From an uncultured Gemmatimonadales bacterium (GTDB taxonomy: Bacteria > Gemmatimonadota > Gemmatimonadetes > Gemmatimonadales > Gemmatimonadaceae), in NCBI GenBank assembly GCA_963701965.1, contig OY969695.1, positions 3,616,001 to 3,680,000 on the forward strand: a DNA stretch of 64,000 nucleotides, in the 5' to 3' direction. Each line of letters opens with the position of its first letter. The first letter of the stretch is position 1. Made by a program: the position numbers and the translations under genes. The notes below the pieces were generated by a model. It was not told where the DNA came from. It did no database searches and was given only the letters and a program-made list of their open reading frames with translations. Shown one piece after another: positions 30,489-38,582 of this stretch.

Positions 30489-31262
30489 ATGCGATGCGTG
30501 GTGCTGGCGCTTATCGCGGGGGGGTTGGCGGCGGGGACGGTGCGCGCGCAGGAGCTGGTGCGTTCGCGGTACGGACGGGAGCCCCAAGGGTATCTGGGCA
30601 TCTCGTTTACCTGTCCGCTCAAAGAGCGGTTCGATGCGAATGGGCTGACGGTGGTGCACCTGGCGTATCCGGTCATCGAGTCGGTGGAGCCGGGGTCGCC
30701 GGCGGCGGCGGGCGGGATCAGCGCGGGCGACACGATCGTGGCGTATGACTCGGTCGACGTGGTGAACCACGAGATCTCAATGACGCGGTTGTTGCGTCCG
30801 GGCCGCCTCCTGGTGGTCCGCGTGCGGCGGAATGGCGCGGTCAAGGACGTCGCCGTGCGCGTGCGGGCGCGGCCCGCGTCGTTCGAGGAGTCCCTCGGCG
30901 CCCCGGGGGCCATGTCCGGTGTGGTCCGGCTGCATGCCTTTCCGGGGCCGATGATCATGCTGCCCTCGGCCGAGGCGCTGCGCGCCGCCGGCGCGGCGCT
31001 CGTGCGCACGAACGACGATCTCCGCGCCGCGCTGGGCGCGCCGAAGGGGTCGAGTGGCGTGCTCGTGGTCAATGTGGGCGAGGGAAGCCCGGCCAATGTG
31101 TCCGGCCTGCGCGCCGGGGACGTCGTGATGAGCGCCGGGGGGCGCTCGATCGACGGACCCGAGACGTTGGTCACCGTCGTCGATCAGGCGGGCGGCCGGT
31201 CGGTCTCGCTCCGGGTGCTGCGGGCGCACCAACTACGCACCGTCACCCTGCGTTTGAATTAG
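30489..31262 (+). CDS. Secreted tandem-PDZ domain protein
   Basis: Signal peptide; 'GYLGI', 'VEPGSPAAAGGISAGD', 'GSPANVSGLRAGDVV'. Confidence 0.85.
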   Translation: MRCVVLALIAGGLAAGTVRAQELVRSRYGREPQGYLGISFTCPLKERFDANGLTVVHLAYPVIESVEPGSPAAAGGISAGDTIVAYDSVDVVNHEISMTRLLRPGRLLVVRVRRNGAVKDVAVRVRARPASFEESLGAPGAMSGVVRLHAFPGPMIMLPSAEALRAAGAALVRTNDDLRAALGAPKGSSGVLVVNVGEGSPANVSGLRAGDVVMSAGGRSIDGPETLVTVVDQAGGRSVSLRVLRAHQLRTVTLRLN

Positions 31263-31320
31263 CCGCGCTGCGCGCGGCCAATTCAGCGTCTCATTCGAAG
31301 CAGCACGCTTCGCGTGCTGC
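31262..31320. repeat. Double hairpin (possible terminator / REP-like element)
   Basis: GCCGCGC-TGC-GCGCGGC (31262-31278) and GCAGCACGC-TTC-GCGTGCTGC (31300-31320) between convergent genes. Confidence 0.65.
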
Positions 31321-31340
31321 CATGCCCAGGGGCGATGCTC

Positions 31341-32148
31341 CTACCGTACACTTCCTGGCGGGAGCGAATAGAGCAGCCGCATCGTGGCCCGATCCTCGGG
31401 CGAGAGATCGCGGACGCGCACACGGGCCGTCATGATGTTCGTGGTATCCGCCGAGTGGTCGAGGCCCAGCAGGTGGCCGACCTCGTGCAGCGCGATGGCG
31501 CGTACCGCCGAGGCGTCGAGGGCCTCACCGCGATTGTGGTGCAGGGCGATCGAGAATGTTGGCGTCGACAATCCACCAGTTCTCGTCGCGCGCCCACATG
31601 GTCTTCCCCGAGATCTGCTCGTCGAAATGATCGCGGAACGTGACGTGCACGTCGGCGGTCGCCGAGTCGTGGACGAACACGAACGCGACGGGGACGCCGG
31701 TGTTCTGCCAGGTGACGAACGCATCCCGCGTCTGGTCGACGAATTCGGGCTTCCAATCGGGCAGCGTGTCGGCGGACTGGATCCACACCCGCAGCGGGTC
31801 GACCAACCGCTCCGGCCACCGGGCCAGCGAGGAGTCCCGCTCGGCCAGGATGTCGCCAATGTACGTCCCCGCCTCACCCTCGGTGAGGCGATGCCGGATG
31901 TCCGACACGTCACGAAGCGGAGCCGCCTCGTGGGCGTGCCCCGCGGCGACGGTCCCGCGACTGCCGGCGTCGCGGTCCTCCGCCGCCGGCGCGTGCGCGG
32001 AATGCGCCGCATCCGCGATCGTCGCTGCGCTCTGGGTCGTCGCCGCGCGCGCGGGTGCGATATCCTCTCGCACGGCGTCCGCTTGCGCAGCAATCCACCC
32101 GCCCATCGTCAGAAAGACGGCGATGAGCACCACGTCCGTTCGCTTCAT
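31341..32148 (-). pseudogene. Matrixin/M10-like zinc metalloprotease split by a 1-nt frameshift near 31555
   Basis: N-terminal frame (signal peptide ... WWIVDANI) switches to the frame holding 'HEVGHLLGLDH' and Met-turn 'NIM'; removing one base (AACATTCTCG to AACATCTCG) restores the gene. Confidence 0.8.
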
Positions 32149-32208
32149 CCACTAATCGACGATCAGGCGCACCGGGACGGCACGCCTGAATAAACAAATG
32201 CGTATGTT

Positions 32209-32498
32209 TTGTGCCGCGGGCGCGGCACAGCTACGATAACTCGACCATTACCCTCTCAAACGCAAGCACGTTCCCTGGTTTTCCCGATCTTTTTATGCGC
32301 GGCGGTCGCCGCGTGTTCGAGCGCCACATCCCCCGCCGATCGTGGCCCGGAGGGCGAGGTCTAGACCACATTCCCGCCAAACCGTCTCAGATCACCGTCT
32401 ATCTCTCCCCGGGTAGCTACTCGGTGGCGGCGTGCGACGTGACGAGTAACCACACCGTTTACTGTGGCCAGGCGATGCCCGTTATCGTGACGCCGTAG
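32209..32498 (+). pseudogene. Possible decayed lipoprotein gene
   Basis: One frame gives 'RSLVFPIFLCAAVAAC-SSATSP' then a stop; another frame gives beta-rich 'ITVYLSPGSYSVAACD...VIVTP*'. Confidence 0.3.
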
Positions 32499-32548
32499 CC
32501 GCGACCCGCCGGAGCGCCCACGAGGCGTGGTCGCGGATTCTGACATCG

Positions 32549-33130
32549 CTAACGGCGCACGAAAGCGAGTAGCGGGGTGAAGTCGCCTCTGTCGGCCGCG
32601 CGCAGCGCATCGAGATAAGTCCGTCGCGCGTTGCTTGCCGCAACGAGATCACCGCTGCCCCATGAAAATCGCGGCTGGTCGTCGGCATGTAAAAGCGCAT
32701 CCGCCATGAGTCGAGCCCAGCGACCATTGCCGTTGGGCCAGGGATGCACGATCACCAACTGGTAGTGGAGTCGCGCCGCCGTGTCGTCGAGCGAGTACGC
32801 TTGGTCGACTCGCCATTGCATGGCATCCGCGAGGCGCTCGCGGAGCGCGACGCGTACCTGGCTGGCGGGGACGCCCATGTTCTTGTCCGTACGCCGATAG
32901 TGCCCCGACCACGCCCAGGTCTCATCGAACATCCGACAATGCAGTTGCTCGGCAAACCGGGGAGTGAGGATCGTCGACGCCGAACGGCGCCGGCGCGAAA
33001 TCGCCCATTCATCCGCGCGTGCAATGTTCAGCTGCTCCCACGCGTTCAACTCCGCTTGCGTCGTGATATGGGTTGGCAAGAGCCCCTCGGCCTCATCATG
33101 GTCGAGGGGCGTGGAGCGCGGACCTGCCAT
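32549..33130 (-). CDS. Mobile mystery protein B (Fic/DOC family)
   Basis: 'TPLDHDEAEGLLPTHITTQAELNAWEQLNI', Fic motif 'HPWPNGNGRWAR', 'YLDALRAADRGD'; ATG 33130. Confidence 0.9.
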   Translation of the reverse strand: MAGPRSTPLDHDEAEGLLPTHITTQAELNAWEQLNIARADEWAISRRRRSASTILTPRFAEQLHCRMFDETWAWSGHYRRTDKNMGVPASQVRVALRERLADAMQWRVDQAYSLDDTAARLHYQLVIVHPWPNGNGRWARLMADALLHADDQPRFSWGSGDLVAASNARRTYLDALRAADRGDFTPLLAFVRR

Positions 33131-33131
33131 A

Positions 33132-33647
33132 TCACTTCGGCCGGTATCGGCGACCCGCGGCCTGTCGCTTGGTTGGCGAGGGCTCGATATCCCAGAGGCG
33201 TCGCGGATTCTCGACCAATGCGGCCGCCAAGTCGGCGATCTGCGCGTCGAGATCGACGTCTCGCACGGCCTGGTCTTCGAGTGCCATGCTGTGCGCGACC
33301 CCCTGTAGCTTCTGAACTGCCACCTCGCGGGCACGCCGTTCGAGCACGCCGTCCAATGGGAGGCGAGGCACTATGGCGTACACGAGATCGCTGTCCAACG
33401 CCTCGGCAGCGCGTCGTAGCGCGCCAAGCGTAATGGTGTCCTCCCGCTCCCGTTGCTCGAGGCGGAGGGCATTGGACGGCGTGATGCGGAGACGCGCCGC
33501 GAACTGGCGGACCGTCATATCGAGAGCACCGCGCAGCGCGGCAATCCAGCCGTCACGCGGGCGGGGCGTGGCCGCCGCGGCGTAACGCGTGAGGGTCTCG
33601 GACAGCTGTCGCCTCGCAAGGCGCTGAAATTTGCCGGGGGGAGCCAT
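33132..33647 (-). CDS. Mobile mystery protein A (XRE-family HTH)
   Basis: 'PRDGWIAALRGALDMTVRQFAARL...LEQRE...ITLGALRRAAEAL...LVYAIVP', 'HSMALEDQ'; ATG 33647. Confidence 0.9.
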   Translation of the reverse strand: MAPPGKFQRLARRQLSETLTRYAAAATPRPRDGWIAALRGALDMTVRQFAARLRITPSNALRLEQREREDTITLGALRRAAEALDSDLVYAIVPRLPLDGVLERRAREVAVQKLQGVAHSMALEDQAVRDVDLDAQIADLAAALVENPRRLWDIEPSPTKRQAAGRRYRPK

Positions 33648-33662
33648 GCTTCTCTTTGAAGA

Positions 33663-33717
33663 TGTTGCTATATAGCGCAACAAGAGATATAGCAGAATGT
33701 TGCTATATATAGCAACA
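33663..33717. promoter_or_regulatory. Twin 20-bp palindromic operators upstream of mobile mystery A
   Basis: TGTTGCTATATAGCGCAACA (33663-33682) and perfect palindrome TGTTGCTATATATAGCAACA (33698-33717). Confidence 0.8.
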
Positions 33718-33722
33718 CCGCC

Positions 33723-34748
33723 CTAGGCTAGGGTCTTCCTCAGGGCCCACGCGGCGTGGTCGCGGACCATCGGATCGGGGTCGTGGGTCGCCGCTTTGGC
33801 GAGCGCGACGGCGTCTCCCGCCTGCCCACGGTTCCCGAGCACCACGGCGGCGTTGCGGGCCAGGCCGCGGCGCTTGGCGCGGGCGAGCGGCGTGTCGCGA
33901 TAGCGGGCGCGGAACGCGGCGTCGTCGAGCGACAGGAACTCGACCGGGTCTGGCTTGGCCAGGGAGTCGCGCCCGGCCAAGGCGGTGTCGCGCGGCGCGG
34001 TGGCGAACCGCGCGTTCCACGGGCAGACGTCCTGGCAAATGTCGCAGCCATAGAGATGGTCGCCCATGGACTCACGGAGCGGCTCCGGGATGGGGCCTTT
34101 GAGCTCGATCGTGAGATAGGAGATGCACCGGCGCGCATCCATCACCCGCGCCTCGACAAACGCGCCCGTGGGACACGCATCCAGGCACCGCGTGCAGGTG
34201 CCACAGTGATCGGGCGCGAACGGCGTATCGGACTCCAACGGCAAGTCGACGAAGAGCGCGCCCAGAAAGAAGAACGAGCCAAGGCGCGGATGGATCAACA
34301 TGGTGTTCTTGCCGAACCAGCCGAGTCCCGCCCGTCGGGCCAGGTCCCGCTCCAGGATCGGACCCGTGTCGACGTACGCCTTGCCCGGCACGGCGTGACC
34401 CACATCATGGTCGATCCACCCGTGCAGCTCGGCGAGCCGCTCCAACATGACATCGTGGTAGTCCCGCCCGCGCGCGTAGCGCGCGACGGGACCGGCAGGC
34501 GCCTTGCCGCCGTAGTCGAGCGCCACCACGATCGCGTGCGTGGCGCCGGGCACCGGGAGGCGGGTATCGCGCCGGCGCTCCGCGCCGCGCGCCAGATATC
34601 CCATCTCCCCCGCATACCCATCGGCCAGCCACGCGTCGAATGCGCTAGCGGTGGGAGCTGGACCGAGCGTGGTGATCCCGCAGAGCTGAAATCCCAGGCC
34701 GTAGGCCTGGGATTTGATGCGGGATTCGAGCGTCATCGCGTCGACCAT
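33723..34748 (-). CDS. queG: tRNA epoxyqueuosine(34) reductase QueG
   Basis: 'ARYARGRDYH', 'YVDTGPILER', 'CGTCTRCLDACPT', 'CISYLTIE', 'GCDICQDVCPWN'. Confidence 0.95.
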   Translation of the reverse strand: MVDAMTLESRIKSQAYGLGFQLCGITTLGPAPTASAFDAWLADGYAGEMGYLARGAERRRDTRLPVPGATHAIVVALDYGGKAPAGPVARYARGRDYHDVMLERLAELHGWIDHDVGHAVPGKAYVDTGPILERDLARRAGLGWFGKNTMLIHPRLGSFFFLGALFVDLPLESDTPFAPDHCGTCTRCLDACPTGAFVEARVMDARRCISYLTIELKGPIPEPLRESMGDHLYGCDICQDVCPWNARFATAPRDTALAGRDSLAKPDPVEFLSLDDAAFRARYRDTPLARAKRRGLARNAAVVLGNRGQAGDAVALAKAATHDPDPMVRDHAAWALRKTLA

Positions 34749-34975
34749 CGGGCGTAGCGCTCGACGTCGCGCGGCGGCGGCACCGCATCCGCGTCGCCGT
34801 ATGCCGTGTACATCCGCCAGCGGATGTACGCCCGGTCAGGCAGCGGCAAAAACGGTGGACGCCACGGCCATCCGCGCGAGCGGAAGCGCCAGGCCACGCG
34901 GACGAGGGCGATCGCCAGCGCCGGCCGAAGTGCGGCCCGCCCGGCGAGCGCGGCGGCTAGTCGGAACCATCGCAT
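34733..34975 (-). CDS. Conserved-looking small hypothetical protein
   Basis: MRWFRLAAAL...'PPFLPLPDRAYIRWRMYTAYG'; fills the gap between the M23 gene and queG with short overlaps. Confidence 0.7.
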   Translation of the reverse strand: MRWFRLAAALAGRAALRPALAIALVRVAWRFRSRGWPWRPPFLPLPDRAYIRWRMYTAYGDADAVPPPRDVERYARWSTR

Positions 34976-36168
34976 GCTCCCGCAATCTCGCGCCTGGACG
35001 CGGGACTGGGGAGCCATCCCAATGACAGGACGCCGTACGGGTCGACCACCGTATGATCGTACCGGACCACCCAATGCAGGTGCGGCCCCGTGACCCGCCC
35101 CGAATGACCCACCAGGCCAATGACCTGGCCCCGCTCGACCGTGTCGCCGATGGCGACGCGCGTGGCGCTCAAGTGGAAGTAGCCCGTCACCAGGCCGGCG
35201 CCATGGACGACATAGACCACGGTGCCCGCGAGAAAGAAATCGGCGACGAGCGCCACCACGCCCCGATTCGACGCCACGACCGTGTCGCCCGTCGCCCCGC
35301 GAAAATCGAGGCCGGTGTGCCGCGACGTCAGCGTGCCGTTGAAACGGCGGCCGCTGGCGAATGGGCTGGTGATGCGGCTCGAGCGCGGACGCGCGAAAGG
35401 GGCACGCCACAGCGGCGGCGTCGCCAGGGCAATGGTGCCTACCGTCCGGGCCAGATCGTTCTCGCCATCGATCCGGAGCGTCAGGTCGGACGTCGGCGGC
35501 CGGCTGAACTCCGGCGCCACGCGTAGCGGCTCCGCTTTCGCGGCCCGGGCGGCGACCGCCGGTGGTGGCGCCGAGATGGGGATCAGCGTGTCGTGCGCTA
35601 CTGTCAGACTGTCACCCGTCGTGTACGCAAGCCGCAAGCGCACCGTCGGACCCGAATCGAGCGGCACCGCGGCCAGCGCAATGTATCGGGCGGAGCTGTC
35701 GCGCCGGAAAATGACGGGCTCACCCGCGAACACGCCGCGCACCGGCGCGACGCCCGGTGATTCCGCACGGACCGTCAGCGTGACGAGCGTACCGGGCGTC
35801 GGCGAAGCCGGCGCGACGACGACGCGCGGCGGTGCAGCCGTCGTCGCGCCAGCGCGCGGTGGCTCGGCCGGGTGCCCGCGCGGACAGGGAGCAAAGCGCA
35901 CGGGGACGTCGATCGTGGCCGTTGCCCCGTCCGTCACGTCCGCCAGCGCGAGCCCCAAGCCGAGCGGTGTGCGCGCCGTCACGATCCAACGTCCGGAGGG
36001 AACGGCGTCGAACGCGAATCGGCCGCTGTCGTCGGCGAATGCCCCACGACCAAGTTGCGGAATCGCCACGCGCGCCCGCGCGGCCGTGTGACCGGTGAGT
36101 GGCGCCGGTAGCGGCCACCCACGGAGCGCGGCAATGACGAGCAGTGTCGTGCGAATCAGCGTGCGCAA
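34957..36168 (-). CDS. M23 peptidase with N-terminal carboxypeptidase-regulatory-like domain
   Basis: 'HTGLD', 'YFHL', 'GPHLHW'; N-terminal 'DDSGRFAFDAVPSGRW'. Confidence 0.85.
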   Translation of the reverse strand: MRTLIRTTLLVIAALRGWPLPAPLTGHTAARARVAIPQLGRGAFADDSGRFAFDAVPSGRWIVTARTPLGLGLALADVTDGATATIDVPVRFAPCPRGHPAEPPRAGATTAAPPRVVVAPASPTPGTLVTLTVRAESPGVAPVRGVFAGEPVIFRRDSSARYIALAAVPLDSGPTVRLRLAYTTGDSLTVAHDTLIPISAPPPAVAARAAKAEPLRVAPEFSRPPTSDLTLRIDGENDLARTVGTIALATPPLWRAPFARPRSSRITSPFASGRRFNGTLTSRHTGLDFRGATGDTVVASNRGVVALVADFFLAGTVVYVVHGAGLVTGYFHLSATRVAIGDTVERGQVIGLVGHSGRVTGPHLHWVVRYDHTVVDPYGVLSLGWLPSPASRREIAGACDGSD

Positions 36169-36202
36169 TTGAAGGCGCCGATACCGAGGGGTAGACTACC
36201 GC

Positions 36203-37153
36203 ATGGCGAAGAAGCGCGCCGCACGCCCACGCGTGCCACGCACCGCGACCGGAAAGAAGCTCGATCCCGACGCGCTGGCAACCGTCGAACGCGCGGCGAT
36301 CGCCGGCGTTCGCGCTCGCACGGAGGAAGGCCATATGCTCGCCGGCCGCACGCCTCCGTCGCAGCTCAACGCGTCGGGCCGGCGCTCCGGTTCGGTCAAG
36401 ATCATCGACGAAGCGATCCGCGACCGGCCGCCGATCACCGAGGACGAAAAGCTCCTCCAGCAGATCGGCCCGCACATCGATTTCACGCGGACCGACCCCT
36501 GGCGCGTGCTCAAGATCATGAGCGAGATCATCGAGGGGTTCGACACGCTGGCGTCCGTCGAGAAAGGCGTGTCGATCTTCGGCTCGGCGCGTACGGGCCC
36601 CGACGATCCGCAATACAAGCTCGCCGAGGAGACCGCGCGTCTGCTCGCCCGTGCCGGCTTCTCCATCATCACGGGCGCCGGGCCCGGCATCATGGAAGCG
36701 GGCAACAAGGGATGCCGCGAGGGCGGGGGACATTCGGTCGGCTGCAACATCGAGCTGCCGTTCGAGCAGGGCGCCAACCCGTACGTCGATACGCTCATCA
36801 ACTTCCGCTACTTCTTCGTGCGGAAGACGATGTTCATCAAGTATTCAGTGGCCTTCATCATCTTCCCAGGCGGCTACGGGACGCTGGACGAGTTGTTCGA
36901 GGCGGTCACCCTGATCCAGACGGGGAAGATCTACCAGTTCCCGGTCATACTGTTCGGCCGCCGCTATTGGGCGGGCCTGCTGCGTTGGCTGCAGGCCCGC
37001 GTGCTCACGGAGAAGAAGATCTCCCCGGGCGATCTCGACCTGATGCTACTGACCAATGACCCCGCCGAGGCGGCCGCCGCGGTCACTGCCGCGTACGCCG
37101 CTCAGACTCGTGCTGCTGGGGCGCGCATGTCCAACGGTCGCCGCGGGATGTAA
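36203..37153 (+). CDS. LOG-family (TIGR00730-like) Rossmann-fold protein
   Basis: 'SIFGSAR', 'TGAGPGIMEA', 'PGGYGTLDELFE'. Confidence 0.92.
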   Translation: MAKKRAARPRVPRTATGKKLDPDALATVERAAIAGVRARTEEGHMLAGRTPPSQLNASGRRSGSVKIIDEAIRDRPPITEDEKLLQQIGPHIDFTRTDPWRVLKIMSEIIEGFDTLASVEKGVSIFGSARTGPDDPQYKLAEETARLLARAGFSIITGAGPGIMEAGNKGCREGGGHSVGCNIELPFEQGANPYVDTLINFRYFFVRKTMFIKYSVAFIIFPGGYGTLDELFEAVTLIQTGKIYQFPVILFGRRYWAGLLRWLQARVLTEKKISPGDLDLMLLTNDPAEAAAAVTAAYAAQTRAAGARMSNGRRGM

Positions 37154-37816
37154 CGGCAGCACGCGCTGCTGCAGCGCGGTGCCCCGGCGCTTGTAGGTGA
37201 AGTCCGTCGCCGAGCAAACGTCCAGGGTGCCAACGCTATCGGTGAAGGTGCAGTCGACAGGGCCGTAGAGGGAGTCGGCCAGGAAGTTGAACTGCTGTGT
37301 CGAGACTCGCGAGCCGGCGCCGTACGTGATCAACTCGCCCAGTCCAGTCGTGACCGACCATGCCCCGACGGAGGTATCGACCACCAAGGGGCGAATGTAG
37401 GTGAACTTCGGGCCCAGGAACGCGTTCCGAACGTCGCGGATGTGATAGTAGTCGTACTGTAGGACCGACGAGTCAGTGTTCAGCGAGAGGATCGAGCTGT
37501 CGAGGGCGAAGACCTTGACGTGCGTCGAGTCGTTCGTCGCGATGCTATCGCTGTCGAGGTAGAACGGCAGCGCCGCGCCGTTGGCGGTGATCAACTTGAA
37601 GAGCCCCGGGGCCGCACCATTGCTGGAGCCGCCGCCTCCACCGCCACCACCCGAGCCGTTCAGGCTGTCCTGATTGAGGCAGTTGGAGTAGTTATTGGCG
37701 TTCTGTGACAACTGGATAGCGGTGCACGCCGGCCCCGTGAAGTCCTGGGTCGCCGTGGTGCATGCCGCCGCTGCCCCAACCGCCACAGCAACAGCTACGA
37801 GTGTGATGCGCCTCAC
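37046..37816 (-). CDS. Hypothetical lipoprotein
   Basis: MRRITLVAVAVAVGAAAAC signal, Gly linker, GGAG upstream; about 108-nt convergent overlap with the LOG gene. Confidence 0.65.
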   Translation of the reverse strand: MRRITLVAVAVAVGAAAACTTATQDFTGPACTAIQLSQNANNYSNCLNQDSLNGSGGGGGGGGSSNGAAPGLFKLITANGAALPFYLDSDSIATNDSTHVKVFALDSSILSLNTDSSVLQYDYYHIRDVRNAFLGPKFTYIRPLVVDTSVGAWSVTTGLGELITYGAGSRVSTQQFNFLADSLYGPVDCTFTDSVGTLDVCSATDFTYKRRGTALQQRVLPLHPAATVGHARPSSTSLSGVRGSDRGGRLGGVIGQ

Positions 37817-37985
37817 TGATTTCGCTCCATTTATCCCGTCAACAGACGACGCGAAAGTCGCCCGATAGTCACGGTGCCCTTCCCTCGAAGGCTCCCGGGC
37901 CCTACGATTCGAGAAACGGATGACGCGGTCGCGCCGGAGGCGCGGTTTGCGGGGGGTGCTTGTGGCGCGGTATGTTTTTGGTCGG

Positions 37986-38017
37986 GCCCGGCCCTGTAAC
38001 GGCCGGGCTTTGTCTTT
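37986..38017 (+). terminator. Intrinsic terminator in greA leader
   Basis: GCCCGGCC-CTGTAAC-GGCCGGGC followed by TTTGTCTTT. Confidence 0.65.
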
Positions 38018-38037
38018 CCATATATTCGGCTAGCCTC

Positions 38038-38520
38038 ATGATAGAAGCACTAAAAGCGAAGTTGGGCGAAGAAGTCGGGAAGCTGCAGCATGAGCTCAAC
38101 GTCACTTTGCCGAATGAGATCCGGAAAGCGGTGGAGTTGGGTGACCTCCGCGAGAACAGCGAGTACAAGGCGGCACTCGAACGCCAGCAGTTTGTGCAGG
38201 CGCGCCTTGGGCAGCTGCACGAGCGACTGAGCAAACTGTCCTCCATCGACGTGACCCAGATCCCGGCCGACAAGGTCGGACTCGGCTCCCGGGTCGTGGT
38301 CGAGGATCATTCGACGAAGACCGTCGAAACGTACCACCTGGTGTTCGGCGACTCCGTCGAGCTCGAGGATGGGCACGTCAGCATGTCGTCACCGATCGGC
38401 CGTGCGCTCGTGGGCAAGAGCCTCGGGGACTCGACGGTGCTCAAGCTCCCGTCACTCACCCGGCGCCTCAAGATCATCGAGCTCCGGACGATCCACGATC
38501 TCCCCGGCGAATCGGCCTAA
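38038..38520 (+). CDS. greA: Transcription elongation factor GreA
   Basis: 'GDLRENSEYKAA' acidic finger, 'SPIGRALVGK'; ATG 38038. Confidence 0.92.
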   Translation: MIEALKAKLGEEVGKLQHELNVTLPNEIRKAVELGDLRENSEYKAALERQQFVQARLGQLHERLSKLSSIDVTQIPADKVGLGSRVVVEDHSTKTVETYHLVFGDSVELEDGHVSMSSPIGRALVGKSLGDSTVLKLPSLTRRLKIIELRTIHDLPGESA

Positions 38521-38582
38521 GGCGAATCGGCCTAAGGCGAGTCGGCCTTAGCGCTCGGTTCAGCGCTACTCGGTTCAGCGCT
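38506..38582. repeat. Two sets of 15-nt-period tandem repeats at the greA/glpD convergent junction
   Basis: GGCGAATCGGCCTAA x2 + GGCGAGTCGGCCTTA, then CTCGGTTCAGCGCT x2. Confidence 0.85.

Larger units (their letters stand above)
32516..33766. mobile_element. Mini-island carrying mobile mystery A/B, bounded by a duplicated queG 3' end
   Basis: 22-bp direct repeats GCCCACGAGGCGTGGTCGCGGA (32516-32537) and GCCCACGCGGCGTGGTCGCGGA (33745-33766), 1 mismatch; no integrase inside. Confidence 0.7.

Noticed and set aside
31545..31565. Programmed ribosomal frameshift in the matrixin-like gene
   Set aside because: No slippery sequence or stimulatory structure is visible
37830..37930. Possible riboswitch in the leader of the 37816 lipoprotein
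   Set aside because: Some hairpin potential (GGCGAC-TTTCGC-GTCGTC) but no match to aptamer cores I can recognise; a cmscan against Rfam would settle it
38506..38582. Possible CRISPR array
   Set aside because: Units are 15 nt and directly adjacent with no unique spacers; no cas genes in the window
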